A stretch of DNA of 24,000 nt from Firmicutes bacterium UBA1739 (GTDB lineage: Bacteria; Bacillota; Clostridia; Peptostreptococcales; Anaerovoracaceae). Location: assembly GCA_002315385.1 (NCBI GenBank), contig DCHZ01000025.1:23287-47286 (forward strand), read 5' to 3'. Both the position numbers and the translations under genes were made by a program. This document shows positions 1 through 9,475 of the stretch, piece after piece (position 1 is the stretch's first letter; the number at the start of each line of letters is the position of its first letter). The notes below the pieces were generated by a model that worked only from the letters and a program-made list of their open reading frames with translations, searched no databases and was not told the DNA's origin.

Positions 1-318
1 CACCATATAGAGCTTAAGGACATATTATCCCATACACAGGAAGAGTTTTATTTTGATAACATAAAGGGCTCCCTGATATGCCTGTATTATCCCGATTACA
101 TGGACGGAATCAATGCACCGGGCTGGCATTTTCACTTCATTTCCGAAGACAGAAAAAAGGGCGGGCATGTTTTTGAGCTTTCGATGCTTCACGGCACCGT
201 AAGGCTTGATAAAATCAACGGTATCGAACTGAGACTTCCCGGAGATGCGGCTTTCGATACATATTCACTCAAGGAAGCTTCACAGAAGGACATTAAAAAG
301 GTAGAACAGGGCGGTTAA
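1..318 (+). CDS. alsD: Acetolactate decarboxylase, C-terminal part (gene starts upstream of the window)
   Basis: Frame 1 is open from base 1 (HHIELKDILSHTQEEFYFDNIKGSLICLYYPDYMDGINAPGWHFHFISEDRKKGGHVFEL...). The G(I/L)N.PG.H.HF.SEDR..GGHV signature is typical of AlsD/BudA. Stop TAA at 316-318. Confidence 0.88.
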   Translation, partial: HHIELKDILSHTQEEFYFDNIKGSLICLYYPDYMDGINAPGWHFHFISEDRKKGGHVFELSMLHGTVRLDKINGIELRLPGDAAFDTYSLKEASQKDIKKVEQGG

Positions 319-421
319 GGTGAACCGGGTTAAACAGAGCAGAGTATATTTGATAATTCAGACTGAGAGCATTTGAAACCGAACATTCAGGGAATAAACA
401 ATACTGAAAGGAGAGCATGGA

Positions 422-772
422 ATGCTTTATATTTGTTATCCGAGATGTACGACCTGTAAAAAGGCACAGAAGTGGCTTGATGAACAGGGAGTGGATTATA
501 CTTTGAGGGATATTAAAGAAGACAAGCCTTCATACGAGGAATTAAAAGAATGGTATGAAAAAAGCGGTCTTCCGCTGAAAAAGTTTTTTAATACCAGTGG
601 GAAGCTGTACAAAGATATGGAACTTAAGAATAAGCTGCCGGATATGACAGAAGAAGAACAGCTCAGATTACTGGCAATGGACGGGATGCTGGTAAAAAGG
701 CCAATCGGAGTAAGCAGCGAAAGGGTACTTGTGGGTTTCAAACAGGAGGAATGGGAGGAGACCATTAAATGA
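422..772 (+). CDS. ArsC/Spx-family (YffB-like) thioredoxin-fold protein, arsenate reductase family
   Basis: 116 aa; N-terminal YPRCTTCKKAQKWLDEQGV CxxC motif and C-terminal KRPIGVSSERVLVGFK; AAAGGAGAG RBS upstream. Confidence 0.9.
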   Translation: MLYICYPRCTTCKKAQKWLDEQGVDYTLRDIKEDKPSYEELKEWYEKSGLPLKKFFNTSGKLYKDMELKNKLPDMTEEEQLRLLAMDGMLVKRPIGVSSERVLVGFKQEEWEETIK

Positions 773-1140
773 TTCCGTGCCTTTGTGTCGGCGCCGGCGG
801 TTTTGCCGGTGCCGTTTTAAGATATCTGCTAAGCGGCATTCCCACCGGAAACAGCAGCTTTCCTGTTATGACATTTATCATCAATATTCTGGGAGCCTTT
901 GGAATCGGATTTCTGATGGGACTGTCAGAAAAAACGGGATTTCCCAAAGGCAATCTTCTTCTGTTTCTGAAAGTAGGTGTTTGCGGGGGATTCACGACTT
1001 TTTCCACATATGCACTGGAACTCAGCGGATTATTCGAGGAAGGAAAATGGGTAACAGGTATTGCCTATGCATCTCTGAGTGTGATTATATGTCTCGTAGC
1101 TGTATATGCGGGACAGGCTGCGGCAAAAGCTATAAGCTGA
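769..1140 (+). CDS. crcB: CrcB/Fluc fluoride exporter
   Basis: 123 aa; GAGGFAGAVLRY, NILGAFGIGFLMG, and GVCGGFTTFSTYALE motifs; start overlaps upstream stop (ATGA). Confidence 0.95.
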   Translation: MIPCLCVGAGGFAGAVLRYLLSGIPTGNSSFPVMTFIINILGAFGIGFLMGLSEKTGFPKGNLLLFLKVGVCGGFTTFSTYALELSGLFEEGKWVTGIAYASLSVIICLVAVYAGQAAAKAIS

Positions 1141-1223
1141 AAACGCAAAGACACCGTTAATCTCACAGATTTATGATTGAAATTACTGCATTCAATCGAA
1201 GACAATGAGAACGGTGCCTTGTT

Positions 1224-1754
1224 TTACTTTTTCAGAAAAGTATGTTTAATATAATGAAATGTTTCTTTTTCCCCTCTATCTTTCAGCATTGAAAGTAGAA
1301 AAAGAATTTTCCCCGCTGTTTCGGGATGTGAATATCTGGTATCTTTTACCATTGTAAGATAGTTTAGAGGAGACGCATCAGTATATTCTTTGCCCTGATA
1401 TGTTTTGCATGCGGCGATTCTGTCCATGATCATTTCCGCAATGTATTTGTCGGGGACATTAACATATTCGTAGCTGCGGGTTTTCGGAGATACATCTGTC
1501 CAGTATTCAAAATGATGGCGATTCCGTCCTTTGTGATGCATCCATGACTCAGAGTAGCCCTTATCTTCTCTTTCGGCATTGTTAGGACTTCTTGTCCCCT
1601 GAAAATATTTTACCCCGTTGATAAACTCAGTCGGAGAAAACTTAGACATGTCGTGCATCAGACCCTGTCGGTAAAGACCTACTTTAAAACAGTATGCCAT
1701 AACAAGATGGCGATGATGAAGGACGGTTCGTAAGTGCCCGAATAATTTGTTCAT
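1224..1754 (-). CDS. DUF5662-like conserved protein
   Basis: 176 aa; HHR..V...CFK.GLY.QGL.HD.SKFSPTEF and SESWMHHKGRNRHHFEYW pattern. Confidence 0.75.
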   Translation of the reverse strand: MNKLFGHLRTVLHHRHLVMAYCFKVGLYRQGLMHDMSKFSPTEFINGVKYFQGTRSPNNAEREDKGYSESWMHHKGRNRHHFEYWTDVSPKTRSYEYVNVPDKYIAEMIMDRIAACKTYQGKEYTDASPLNYLTMVKDTRYSHPETAGKILFLLSMLKDRGEKETFHYIKHTFLKK

Positions 1755-1771
1755 ATCTCAGCTCCTGACAC

Positions 1772-1800
1772 AAAACCGGGAAGTCGTCAGACCCGGTTTT
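1772..1800 (-). terminator. Hairpin overlapping the 3' end of fabV
   Basis: AAAACCGGG (1772-1780) and CCCGGTTTT (1792-1800) form a perfect 9-bp stem. The fabV stop codon (minus TAA, 1799-1801) overlaps the stem. Confidence 0.65.
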
Positions 1801-2983
1801 ATTCATAATATTGAGAAACATCGGAATTATAATCTATATTATCATATCTGAATCCGAACATATGATAAAAATCTTCCCAATAGTCCGACAGACCAGCCAG
1901 TTCTTCAGCGTTTTCGGTGTTGAGATGATCCATATTCCGGGTGATCCGGTTCTGAATCTCATCCTGAAGCTCGAAATCATCCAGTCTGATAATGCCATCA
2001 CTGTCGGTAATTACAGGTCTGCCCGGCAGCATTTTTTCCGTAAAAAGTCTGTTCATGTGCTGTATGCAGTCTTCATAACAGCCGGCGTTCTGCATAACTT
2101 TTCTGGCAACGGCGATATAAATCGGAGCCATGGGAATGGCTATGCTGGCCTGAGTAACCATACTTTTGTTCATGGATGTATATGCCCGAACTCCCAGATT
2201 GGAAAAATCAGTACAGATTAATTTTGAAGTTTCATAAACATGTTTTTTTGCAAAACCCATTGTACCGTGTCTGTATATAGGATAGGTAAGCTTCGGCCCG
2301 AGATATGAGAAAGCAACAGTAATAGCATTTCTGCTGAGGGCATCTGCATCCGAAAGTGCTTTTATCCAGTTGTACCAGTCTTCTCCGCCCATTACTTTAA
2401 CCGAGTCGTGGATTTCCTTTTCGGTGGCACATTCCATTCTGCCTTCTATAATTTCCAGTGTGTTTAAATCCAGATCCTTACTGATAAAAGGCTTTCCTGT
2501 GGTTTTAAGTGAAGAACGGTAAACCGTACCGTCATCCATAGCTCTTTTCGGAGCGGCAAGACTGTAAATAACCATATCAATCTGACCGAGCTCAGATTTG
2601 ATTATGTCAATAACCTTTGACTTTGTAGATGACAGGAAAGCATCTTCATTGACGGTTTTTGTCCGGAATCCATCGGCAGTGACAAGCTTATCAAAAGCAT
2701 GGTAGTTGTACCAGCCGGGGGAAGCGGTTTTTGTTTCGGAAGGCTCTCTTTCCCGGCATACTCCGATGGTTGATGCTCCGTAGGCATAGGTGGCCGCAAT
2801 TCTTGCGGAAAGCCCGTATCCTGCTGAACAGCCTATAATAAGAACTCTTTTGGGAGGTTCAGCTTCAAAGTCAGTTTTAGGAAGATTCTTCATGTAATTA
2901 ATTTCTCTTCTGACATGCTCTTCGCATCCAAGGGGATGAGCTGTGGAGCATAGAAAAGCGTTTACTTTTGGTTGAATTATCAT
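1799..2983 (-). CDS. fabV: FabV-type trans-2-enoyl-CoA/ACP reductase
   Basis: 394 aa; N-terminal MIIQPKVNAFLCSTAHPLGCEEHVRREI, VLIIGCSAGYGLSARIAATYAYGA, APKRAMDDGTVYRSSLKTTGKPF; matches the FabV/TER family. Confidence 0.93.
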   Translation of the reverse strand: MIIQPKVNAFLCSTAHPLGCEEHVRREINYMKNLPKTDFEAEPPKRVLIIGCSAGYGLSARIAATYAYGASTIGVCREREPSETKTASPGWYNYHAFDKLVTADGFRTKTVNEDAFLSSTKSKVIDIIKSELGQIDMVIYSLAAPKRAMDDGTVYRSSLKTTGKPFISKDLDLNTLEIIEGRMECATEKEIHDSVKVMGGEDWYNWIKALSDADALSRNAITVAFSYLGPKLTYPIYRHGTMGFAKKHVYETSKLICTDFSNLGVRAYTSMNKSMVTQASIAIPMAPIYIAVARKVMQNAGCYEDCIQHMNRLFTEKMLPGRPVITDSDGIIRLDDFELQDEIQNRITRNMDHLNTENAEELAGLSDYWEDFYHMFGFRYDNIDYNSDVSQYYE

Positions 2984-3150
2984 TGATTAGCACCTCTGAT
3001 TATGATAGTCATATAAGAACAGTAATTAATTATTGTATTTCCGGTTTGTCGAAAAAAACGGCACTGTATTATCTGTGATTTTCGTTAATATAGTTGATGT
3101 TTCGTTTTCTTCATATATAATAATTATAGTAAATTTTTACATAATATGCA

Positions 3151-3654
3151 ATGATGGGAGAGATAATTATGAGAATAGAATATAGCAAAGTTCTGATAAT
3201 TATGGAAATTATCGGTGTAATGATTCTTCTGGCTATACTGATAGCCACTGCGTACGTCTATCCGACTCTTCCGGACCGGGTGCCGACGCATTTTAATGCT
3301 CTCGGAGAGGCTGACCGATGGGGAGGAAAAGGGTATCTGTGGTTTGTGCCGGCAATGTCGGTTTTTCTTTATCTGTTAATAACAATAGCAGGTTTTTTTC
3401 CGAAAACATGGAATTACCCGTCAAAAATCGATCCGTCAAAGCTGCCTCTGGCAGAGAAAAAGGTCAGAAATCTGCTTATGATTGTCAAACTGATTATTAC
3501 AGCCATGTTTGGATATATACAATATATGATACTGAAGCTGTCGGGGCAGATATCCTTTCTGATAATGATATTGTTTACAGCTGTGCTTTTTGGAATAATT
3601 ATTTACTATATCGTTTCTCTGAGCAGACTGTCGGTTAAAGCTCAAAGAAAATGA
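3151..3654 (+). CDS. DUF1648-domain membrane protein
   Basis: 167 aa; YPTLPDRVPTHFNALGEADRWGGKGYLWFVPAMSVFLY is characteristic of DUF1648; several TM segments. The ATG at 3169 (MRIEYSK...) is an alternative start. Confidence 0.8.
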   Translation: MMGEIIMRIEYSKVLIIMEIIGVMILLAILIATAYVYPTLPDRVPTHFNALGEADRWGGKGYLWFVPAMSVFLYLLITIAGFFPKTWNYPSKIDPSKLPLAEKKVRNLLMIVKLIITAMFGYIQYMILKLSGQISFLIMILFTAVLFGIIIYYIVSLSRLSVKAQRK

Positions 3655-3704
3655 AATAAATATATGCATGTTTTTAGATTAGAAATTATTGAAACAGAGG
3701 AATA

Positions 3705-4553
3705 ATGAAAATGAGAGAAATATCTGTCAAAAAAATCACAGAAGCGGTGGCGGAGATGTCAGTTAATGCTAATTCTTTTCTGGGAGAAGATGTGTGTGAA
3801 AGAATAACCGAATGCAGAAAGAAAGAAGACTGGCCGGCAGCTGCCGAAATACTGAGCAAAATTGAAGAAAATATCAGAATAGCCCGGGAGGATCTGGTGC
3901 CGCTGTGTCAGGACACCGGAATGGCATGCGTGTTTATCGAAATAGGACAGGACGTGCATGTTGTGGGCGGCAGTATTGAAGAGGCCGTCAATGAAGGGGT
4001 AAGAAAAGGTTATACAGAGGGATATCTGAGGAAGTCTATTGTTAAAGACCCGATTCGTCGGGGCAACACGGGAGACAATACACCCGCGCATATTCATTAT
4101 GAAATAGTTCCGGGAGACAGACTGAAAATAGTGCTGGCACCGAAAGGGTTCGGCTCGGAGAATATGAGCCGGATCAAAATGTTTGCACCGGCTGCCGGAG
4201 AAAACGGCGTAAAAGATTTCATTGTTAACTGTGTCGAAGAAGCCGGAGCCAACCCGTGCCCGCCGGTGGTGGTGGGAGTCGGAATCGGAGGAACCTTTGA
4301 CCGGGCGGCGCTGATGGCAAAGCAGGCTCTGCTCAGACCGATGAAGGATTCAAATCCGGACCCGTATTATGCGGAAATGGAAAATGAGCTTCTGGAGAGA
4401 ATTAACAGCCTGGGAATAGGCCCGCAGGGATTTGGAGGAAGAACCACAGCACTGGCTGTGAAAATACAGACATATCCCACACATATTGCGGGAATGCCCG
4501 TGGCGGTCAATATCAACTGCCACGTTTCCAGACATCGGGAGGTGATCCTTTAA
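3705..4553 (+). CDS. Fumarate hydratase class I / L(+)-tartrate dehydratase, alpha subunit
   Basis: 282 aa; PLCQDTGMACVFIEIGQDVHVVGG, TPAHIHYEIVPGD, KGFGSENMSRIKMFAP and a C-terminal CHVSRHREV motif. The ATG at 3711 (MREIS) is an alternative start. Confidence 0.93.
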   Translation: MKMREISVKKITEAVAEMSVNANSFLGEDVCERITECRKKEDWPAAAEILSKIEENIRIAREDLVPLCQDTGMACVFIEIGQDVHVVGGSIEEAVNEGVRKGYTEGYLRKSIVKDPIRRGNTGDNTPAHIHYEIVPGDRLKIVLAPKGFGSENMSRIKMFAPAAGENGVKDFIVNCVEEAGANPCPPVVVGVGIGGTFDRAALMAKQALLRPMKDSNPDPYYAEMENELLERINSLGIGPQGFGGRTTALAVKIQTYPTHIAGMPVAVNINCHVSRHREVIL

Positions 4554-5110
4554 TGGAAAAGATGCTTGTGTATCCTTATGATAAGGAAAAGTTAAAAGAA
4601 TTGAAGGCCGGGGACAGTGTGCTGATAAGCGGAACTGTATACACGGCCAGAGATGCGGCACATAAAAGAATAGTGGAAATGATTGAAAATGGGGAGAAGC
4701 CTCCATTTGAAATTGAGGGATCAATAATATATTATGTGGGACCTACTCCGGCGAAGCCCGGGAAAGCCATCGGTTCGGCAGGCCCTACCACCAGCTATAG
4801 AATGGACTCGTATGCACCGCTGCTTCTTGATCTGGGGCAGGCTGCCATGATAGGAAAAGGTCAGCGCTCTGAAGAAGTAAAGGCGGCGGCGGTGAGAAAC
4901 GGTGCCGTATACCTTGCCGCAATCGGCGGAGCGGCAGCACTGATTGCAAAATCCGTCAGATCTGCAGAGGTAATTGCTTTTGAGGATCTGGGGGCGGAAG
5001 CGGTCAGAAAACTGGAGGTGGAAAACTTCCCGGCGGTGGTGGTAATTGACGCATATGGAAACGATTATTACGAAAGCGGAAGACTTCAGTATAAAAACGG
5101 AAATAAATAA
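4553..5110 (+). CDS. Fumarate hydratase class I / L(+)-tartrate dehydratase, beta subunit
   Basis: 185 aa; LKAGDSVLISGTVYTARDAAHKR, YYVGPTPAKPGKAIGSAGPTTSYRMDSYAP; start overlaps the alpha-subunit stop by one base. Confidence 0.93.
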   Translation: MEKMLVYPYDKEKLKELKAGDSVLISGTVYTARDAAHKRIVEMIENGEKPPFEIEGSIIYYVGPTPAKPGKAIGSAGPTTSYRMDSYAPLLLDLGQAAMIGKGQRSEEVKAAAVRNGAVYLAAIGGAAALIAKSVRSAEVIAFEDLGAEAVRKLEVENFPAVVVIDAYGNDYYESGRLQYKNGNK

Positions 5111-5291
5111 CCAAACGGGTTACGGAAGAAAAAGAGTCATTTGCAGGCTCGCGGGAACCGACAAAGCTTAGAACCGTTACGACCGATTCCGAGCATGAGA
5201 GATATAAAAACATGCACGACATAAAGAAAATATAAATTATTTAGAAGTTATATTAAAATAATATAAAATAGTTTGAGAATATGGGAAATAT

Positions 5292-5741
5292 ATGATAATA
5301 TCGAGGTTGCCGTCATTTACGAGTGCGGTAGTATCACCGGACAGAGTGGTTCTTACGGCAATTGATAAGGTATTTGCATTATGCGGAGCAACCATCGCAA
5401 CAATAATAATGTCCAACTGTGATATTGCAAGCCCGGGTTTTGCAATGATAGTCGGAATTCCGGCAGGAATCCTGAGCGTAGTGGGGTATAATATCATTGC
5501 ACCGAGACTACAGAAGCTTATCCGAGGAACAGACACCTGCGGAGTGCATAACCTTCACGGTATGCCGGGACTTTTGGGAGGATTATCTGTAATAGTACTT
5601 TGCGGAAACGTTAAAGTTCAGCTTCTGGGGATGATCGTTACAGTAGTAATCGCTTTAGTGGGCGGCAGAATTGAGGGAGCCATTATCGGTCTTCTCGGTA
5701 CAAAGGCTGTTGCTTACAGTGATGAAGGAGAATTTAAATAA
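5292..5741 (+). pseudogene. C-terminal fragment of an Rh/Amt-family ammonium transporter (truncated)
   Basis: 149-aa ORF with the Rh-type signature DTCGVHNLHGMPGLLGGL preceded by PGFAMIVGIPAGILSVVGYNIIAPRLQKLI. The N-terminal half of the family is missing; only about 180 nt separates the ORF from the upstream gene. Confidence 0.75.
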
Positions 5742-5782
5742 CATACATTGATGTCGGAAAGTAATAACATATGTCAGGATTT

Positions 5783-5809
5783 GAGGGTGCACCTTGAGGT
5801 GCACCTTTT
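5783..5809 (+). terminator. Rho-independent terminator
   Basis: GGTGCACC (5786-5793), TTGA loop, GGTGCACC (5798-5805), then TTTT. Confidence 0.8.
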
Positions 5810-5948
5810 CGATTTCCGGCACACTTCAATGTTCCTTCAGCTTTACAGTCAATTCGAATTCCGGATATGCCGGTTGCATACGTATTAAGTTTTTGTTAAA
5901 ACAGATTGTGAGTATTAATAATTCGCTGTCGCCGTCCTCAGTAACATT

Positions 5949-5976
5949 TTGAATTATGGGAATGATGTGGTAGAAT
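5949..5976 (+). promoter_or_regulatory. Candidate sigma-A promoter for proA
   Basis: TTGAAT (5949-5954), 16-nt spacer, TAGAAT (5971-5976). Confidence 0.45.
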
Positions 5977-6033
5977 AAACAGACAGGAAAGCTAAGCAAA
6001 ATAATTACGTAATAGAATATGGAGGATAGATTT

Positions 6034-7248
6034 ATGGTTACAACTCTTGAAATAATGAAAAAAGCAAAAAAGGCAGCACCGGAGATGGCGGTTTTGTCGG
6101 AAGAGTCGAAAAATCAGGCACTGCTTGCCATGGCAGAAATGCTGACTGAAAGCAGTGAAGAAATACTTAAAGCCAATTCAGCTGATGTTTCGGAGGCGGG
6201 AGACAGTATTTCCCCGGTAATGATTGACAGATTGAAACTTGATGAAAAAAGAATCGCGGATATGGCAGAGGGAATAAGACAGGTGGCGGAGCTTCCGGAC
6301 CCTGTGGGGAGAATAATAAGAAGTCATTCTCTGCCAAACGGTCTCGTGGTGAATAAAATGTCAGTTTCGCTGGGCGTAATTGCGATAATCTATGAAAGCA
6401 GGCCGAATGTCACATCTGATGCGGCGGCACTGGCAATCAAAAGCGGCAATGCATGTATTCTCAGAGGCGGGAAAGAGGCTTTTCGCACAGCGGATGCAAT
6501 AGTTCAGGCACTCAGAAAAGGTCTGAAAAAAACCGGATTGAACGAGGATCTGGTTCAGCTGATTCAGGATACCACCAGAGAAAGCGCAAAGGAACTTATG
6601 AACGGTGTCGGATATATTGACCTGCTGATTCCGCGGGGTGGTAAAGGACTCATTCAGTCCTGCGTGGATAATGCAAAGGTACCGTGTATTCAGACCGGAA
6701 CCGGAATATGTCATATTTATGTGGATGAATATGCAGACCTGGAAAAAGCAGTGAAAATAGTGGAAAATGCCAAAACCAGCAGACCTTCTGTGTGTAATGC
6801 GGCGGAGGTTTGTCTGATTCACAAAAAAGTCGCCGATAGATTTATGAATATGATGAAATCACAGCTGGTGGAAAAGAGAAAATCCGAAAACCTGACTCCG
6901 GTTCAGTTCAGAACTGATGAATTTGATACGGAATTTCTTGATTACGTTATGGCTGTAAAAACTGTTGACTCTGTCAGCGAAGCCATCGAGCATATAGCGG
7001 CACATTCGACAGGACATAGCGAGGCAATAATAACGGAAAATGCTGAGAATGCGGATTTGTTTGTGAAAATGGTGGACAGTGCTGCGGTATATGTTAATGC
7101 ATCAACAAGATTTACAGACGGAGGGGAATTCGGCCTGGGATGTGAAATGGGGATTTCCACCCAGAAGCTCCATGCAAGAGGACCAATGGGACTGGAAGAG
7201 CTTACATCATATAAATATGTGATTATGGGAAACGGTCAGATCAGGTAA
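6034..7248 (+). CDS. proA: Gamma-glutamyl phosphate reductase
   Basis: ProA motifs: [84 protein letters not shown]. The start is set at ATG 6034 because GGAGG lies at 6021-6025; the ORF track starts at 6019. Confidence 0.96.
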   Translation: MVTTLEIMKKAKKAAPEMAVLSEESKNQALLAMAEMLTESSEEILKANSADVSEAGDSISPVMIDRLKLDEKRIADMAEGIRQVAELPDPVGRIIRSHSLPNGLVVNKMSVSLGVIAIIYESRPNVTSDAAALAIKSGNACILRGGKEAFRTADAIVQALRKGLKKTGLNEDLVQLIQDTTRESAKELMNGVGYIDLLIPRGGKGLIQSCVDNAKVPCIQTGTGICHIYVDEYADLEKAVKIVENAKTSRPSVCNAAEVCLIHKKVADRFMNMMKSQLVEKRKSENLTPVQFRTDEFDTEFLDYVMAVKTVDSVSEAIEHIAAHSTGHSEAIITENAENADLFVKMVDSAAVYVNASTRFTDGGEFGLGCEMGISTQKLHARGPMGLEELTSYKYVIMGNGQIR

Positions 7249-7269
7249 AAGGAGTCGAAAAGTGTTGAT

Positions 7270-7290
7270 AAAACCGGTGCATCCGGTTTT
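7270..7290 (+). terminator. Candidate terminator after proA
   Basis: AAAACCGG-TGCAT-CCGGTTTT hairpin ending in TTTT. Confidence 0.6.
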
Positions 7291-7497
7291 AACATATTAC
7301 GTATATTCTGCATGTTCCTTTGTATGAATGATTCCAAACACCCGCTGCAGTATCACTGCGATTGTGTTTTAAATCGAACCCGCAAAAAGAGCCGATATTA
7401 TACGCAAAGGTATGTAATAATTGCTGCATTGGGCACTTAGTCAAAATATAGGTTTTACTGAATGTCAATATGGAAAAAATAAGGATAACAATAATAA

Positions 7498-8136
7498 ATG
7501 GAAAATAATATTAAAAAAAGTGACAGGATAATACTGGCATCAGCCTCTCCACGCAGAATAGAGATATTCGGAAACCATGAAATAGAGGCGGAAATAATGC
7601 CTGCGGATATAGATGAAACTCTTCCTGACGGAATCGGAGCGGAGGATGCGGTAATGTTTCTTGCACTGAAAAAAGCCCTGCATACAGAGAAAAGAGTATT
7701 AATGAAAAATGCATCAGACTATGGTGAGGTAAAAGCTTCAGCGGATTTAAAGGTAAAAGAGAGAATAATAATTGTTGCTGCGGATACGGTGGTATTTTCC
7801 GATCGGATTTTAGGGAAACCTGCAGATGAAAACGAGGCGTTTCAGATGCTGTCGGCTCTGAGAAACAAAAGTCACTATGTTGCAACCGGTGTTGCAGTGA
7901 TTGAAGCAGGGGGAAGCCTGAGAAACGTGTTTTATGACAGGAGCGAGGTAAAATTTTCAAACTACAGTGACGAACAGATCAGAGAATACATAGCGACAGG
8001 CGAACCTCTGGATAAAGCCGGAGCATATGCCATTCAGGGAGGGTTTTCAAAATATGTTGAAAACTATACCGGTTCCTTCCTGAACATAGTCGGATTTCCC
8101 TGGGAACATTTCGAAAGAGAAATGAAGATAGAATAA
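7498..8136 (+). CDS. maf: Maf-family nucleotide pyrophosphatase
   Basis: 212 aa; IILASASPRRIEIF, VAADTVVFSDRILGKPADENEAFQMLSALRNKSHYVATGV, GEPLDKAGAYAIQG. Confidence 0.96.
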   Translation: MENNIKKSDRIILASASPRRIEIFGNHEIEAEIMPADIDETLPDGIGAEDAVMFLALKKALHTEKRVLMKNASDYGEVKASADLKVKERIIIVAADTVVFSDRILGKPADENEAFQMLSALRNKSHYVATGVAVIEAGGSLRNVFYDRSEVKFSNYSDEQIREYIATGEPLDKAGAYAIQGGFSKYVENYTGSFLNIVGFPWEHFEREMKIE

Positions 8137-8334
8137 TGCATTCTCCGGCCTCCGAATATGTATGAAAACCGGAGAATATTCTGCCGTGATATCGGAATAT
8201 TAAGGAAAGAAACGCGGAAAAGCCGGATTCAGTAATATTGATATTGAAAAATCTTGTTATAGACAGGTTAATATGATAAAATTAATCAGTAGATTTTTTA
8301 GAGAAACCGTCAGAGATGATTGTAAGGAGGTATC

Positions 8335-8943
8335 ATGAATAAAAAACTTATCGCAGGAATTCTGTCTTTGTCTTTGATTTTATCGTCTGCATTTTCAGCT
8401 TTTGCGGAGGATGCAACCCCCATAGCATATGCAGGCAATGATAACAGTGACAAATCAACGAGTACAATAGCAGTACAGATCGGAAATTATGCGGCAACGG
8501 TGGACAGTATGCTCGTATCAATAGATCCTGATAACAGGAAGGTTGTGCCGTATATTAAAAATAACAGAACATATATTCCTTTAAAATTCATCGGAGAGAA
8601 TCTTGGTGCACAGGTGTCCTGGGACAGTAAAAAAAGGGAAGCGATTATTCAAAAAGACAATACAAAAGTGGTAATTCCGGTGAATAAATCGTATTACTAT
8701 ATTAATTCAGTAAAGCATAATCTGGACGCACCGGCTGAAATCTATCAGAACAGGACCTTTGTTCCTATGAGATTCGTAGCGGAAGCGCTTAATATGGCGG
8801 TATACTGGGATAAAGATGCCAAGATGGCAGTAATTGCTCCTAAAGACAGGCAATGGACCGGCGTTAATAGTATTGAAGAAGATTTAATTGTTCAATATCT
8901 CATTTTAGTATATCCGTTTTTAAAAGATCATAGTGTCGATTAA
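8335..8943 (+). CDS. Secreted protein with copper amine oxidase N-terminal (stalk) domain
   Basis: 202 aa; signal peptide MNKKLIAGILSLSLILSSAFSAFA; two repeats of the type NRTYIPLKFIGENLGAQVSWDSKKREAIIQ and NRTFVPMRFVAEALNMAVYWDKDAKMAVI. Confidence 0.88.
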   Translation: MNKKLIAGILSLSLILSSAFSAFAEDATPIAYAGNDNSDKSTSTIAVQIGNYAATVDSMLVSIDPDNRKVVPYIKNNRTYIPLKFIGENLGAQVSWDSKKREAIIQKDNTKVVIPVNKSYYYINSVKHNLDAPAEIYQNRTFVPMRFVAEALNMAVYWDKDAKMAVIAPKDRQWTGVNSIEEDLIVQYLILVYPFLKDHSVD

Positions 8944-8954
8944 TACCGAACAGC

Positions 8955-8993
8955 ACATGAGACATGGAAAAATCCCTGTCTCATGTTATTTTT
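8955..8993 (+). terminator. Rho-independent terminator
   Basis: ACATGAGACA (8955-8964) pairs with TGTCTCATGT (8977-8986), followed by TATTTTT. Confidence 0.8.
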
Positions 8994-9013
8994 GACAAAA
9001 AATACGGTCTCAC

Positions 9014-9048
9014 AAAAACAGCCCGGACTTAGGACCCGGACTGTTTTT
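9014..9048. terminator. Bidirectional hairpin terminator between convergent genes
   Basis: AAAAACAGCCCGG...CCGGACTGTTTTT; U-tract present on both strands. Confidence 0.75.
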
Positions 9049-9094
9049 ACAGAGTCGCCGGGGTTATGTGCCCGGCTGCTGCATAATTATTAAC

Positions 9095-9274
9095 CTATTC
9101 GGCCGGCTGCCATTTGCATCTTACAGGCGAAACAATCTTTTCTTCCTTTTTTAGTTCTTTAAAAGCCTTGTCAATTTCCTTTCTGTCGATTCCTGTCATT
9201 TTTTCCACTTCTCCGGCACTGATGGGCTTTCCGGCTTCTTTCATAGCAGCGATTACAGCATCTTTAACTTCCAT
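9095..9274 (-). CDS. Small (59 aa) winged-helix/HTH-like protein, absent from the ORF track
   Basis: Read on the minus strand: MEVKDAVIAAMKEAGKPISAGEVEKMTGIDRKEIDKAFKELKKEEKIVSPVRCKWQPAE*. It has a GGAG RBS, an HTH-like pattern and a terminator downstream. Confidence 0.75.
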   Translation of the reverse strand: MEVKDAVIAAMKEAGKPISAGEVEKMTGIDRKEIDKAFKELKKEEKIVSPVRCKWQPAE

Positions 9275-9475
9275 GGTATATCTCCTTTCGATTTTGAAAT
9301 AATAATTTTGTTTATGAAATCATTATATATGTAAATCGAGTAATAATGCAATAAATAATTGAAACGTCCGGTAAAAACCATTGACTTTAATGAGTTTTTA
9401 TGGAAAAATCGATATTAAAGAGTATCCCGGAGTTTCGTATCTTTAAGCCGGGGATTCAATAATCAGGAGGACAGC

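Noticed and set aside
319-421. Possible fluoride riboswitch upstream of the arsC-like/crcB pair
   Set aside because: I could not find the conserved crcB-motif elements in this short leader. A covariance-model search would be decisive.
729-1160. 143-aa ORF overlapping crcB in another frame
   Set aside because: The overlapping crcB frame has clear family motifs; this translation is basic, low-quality and has no recognisable family.
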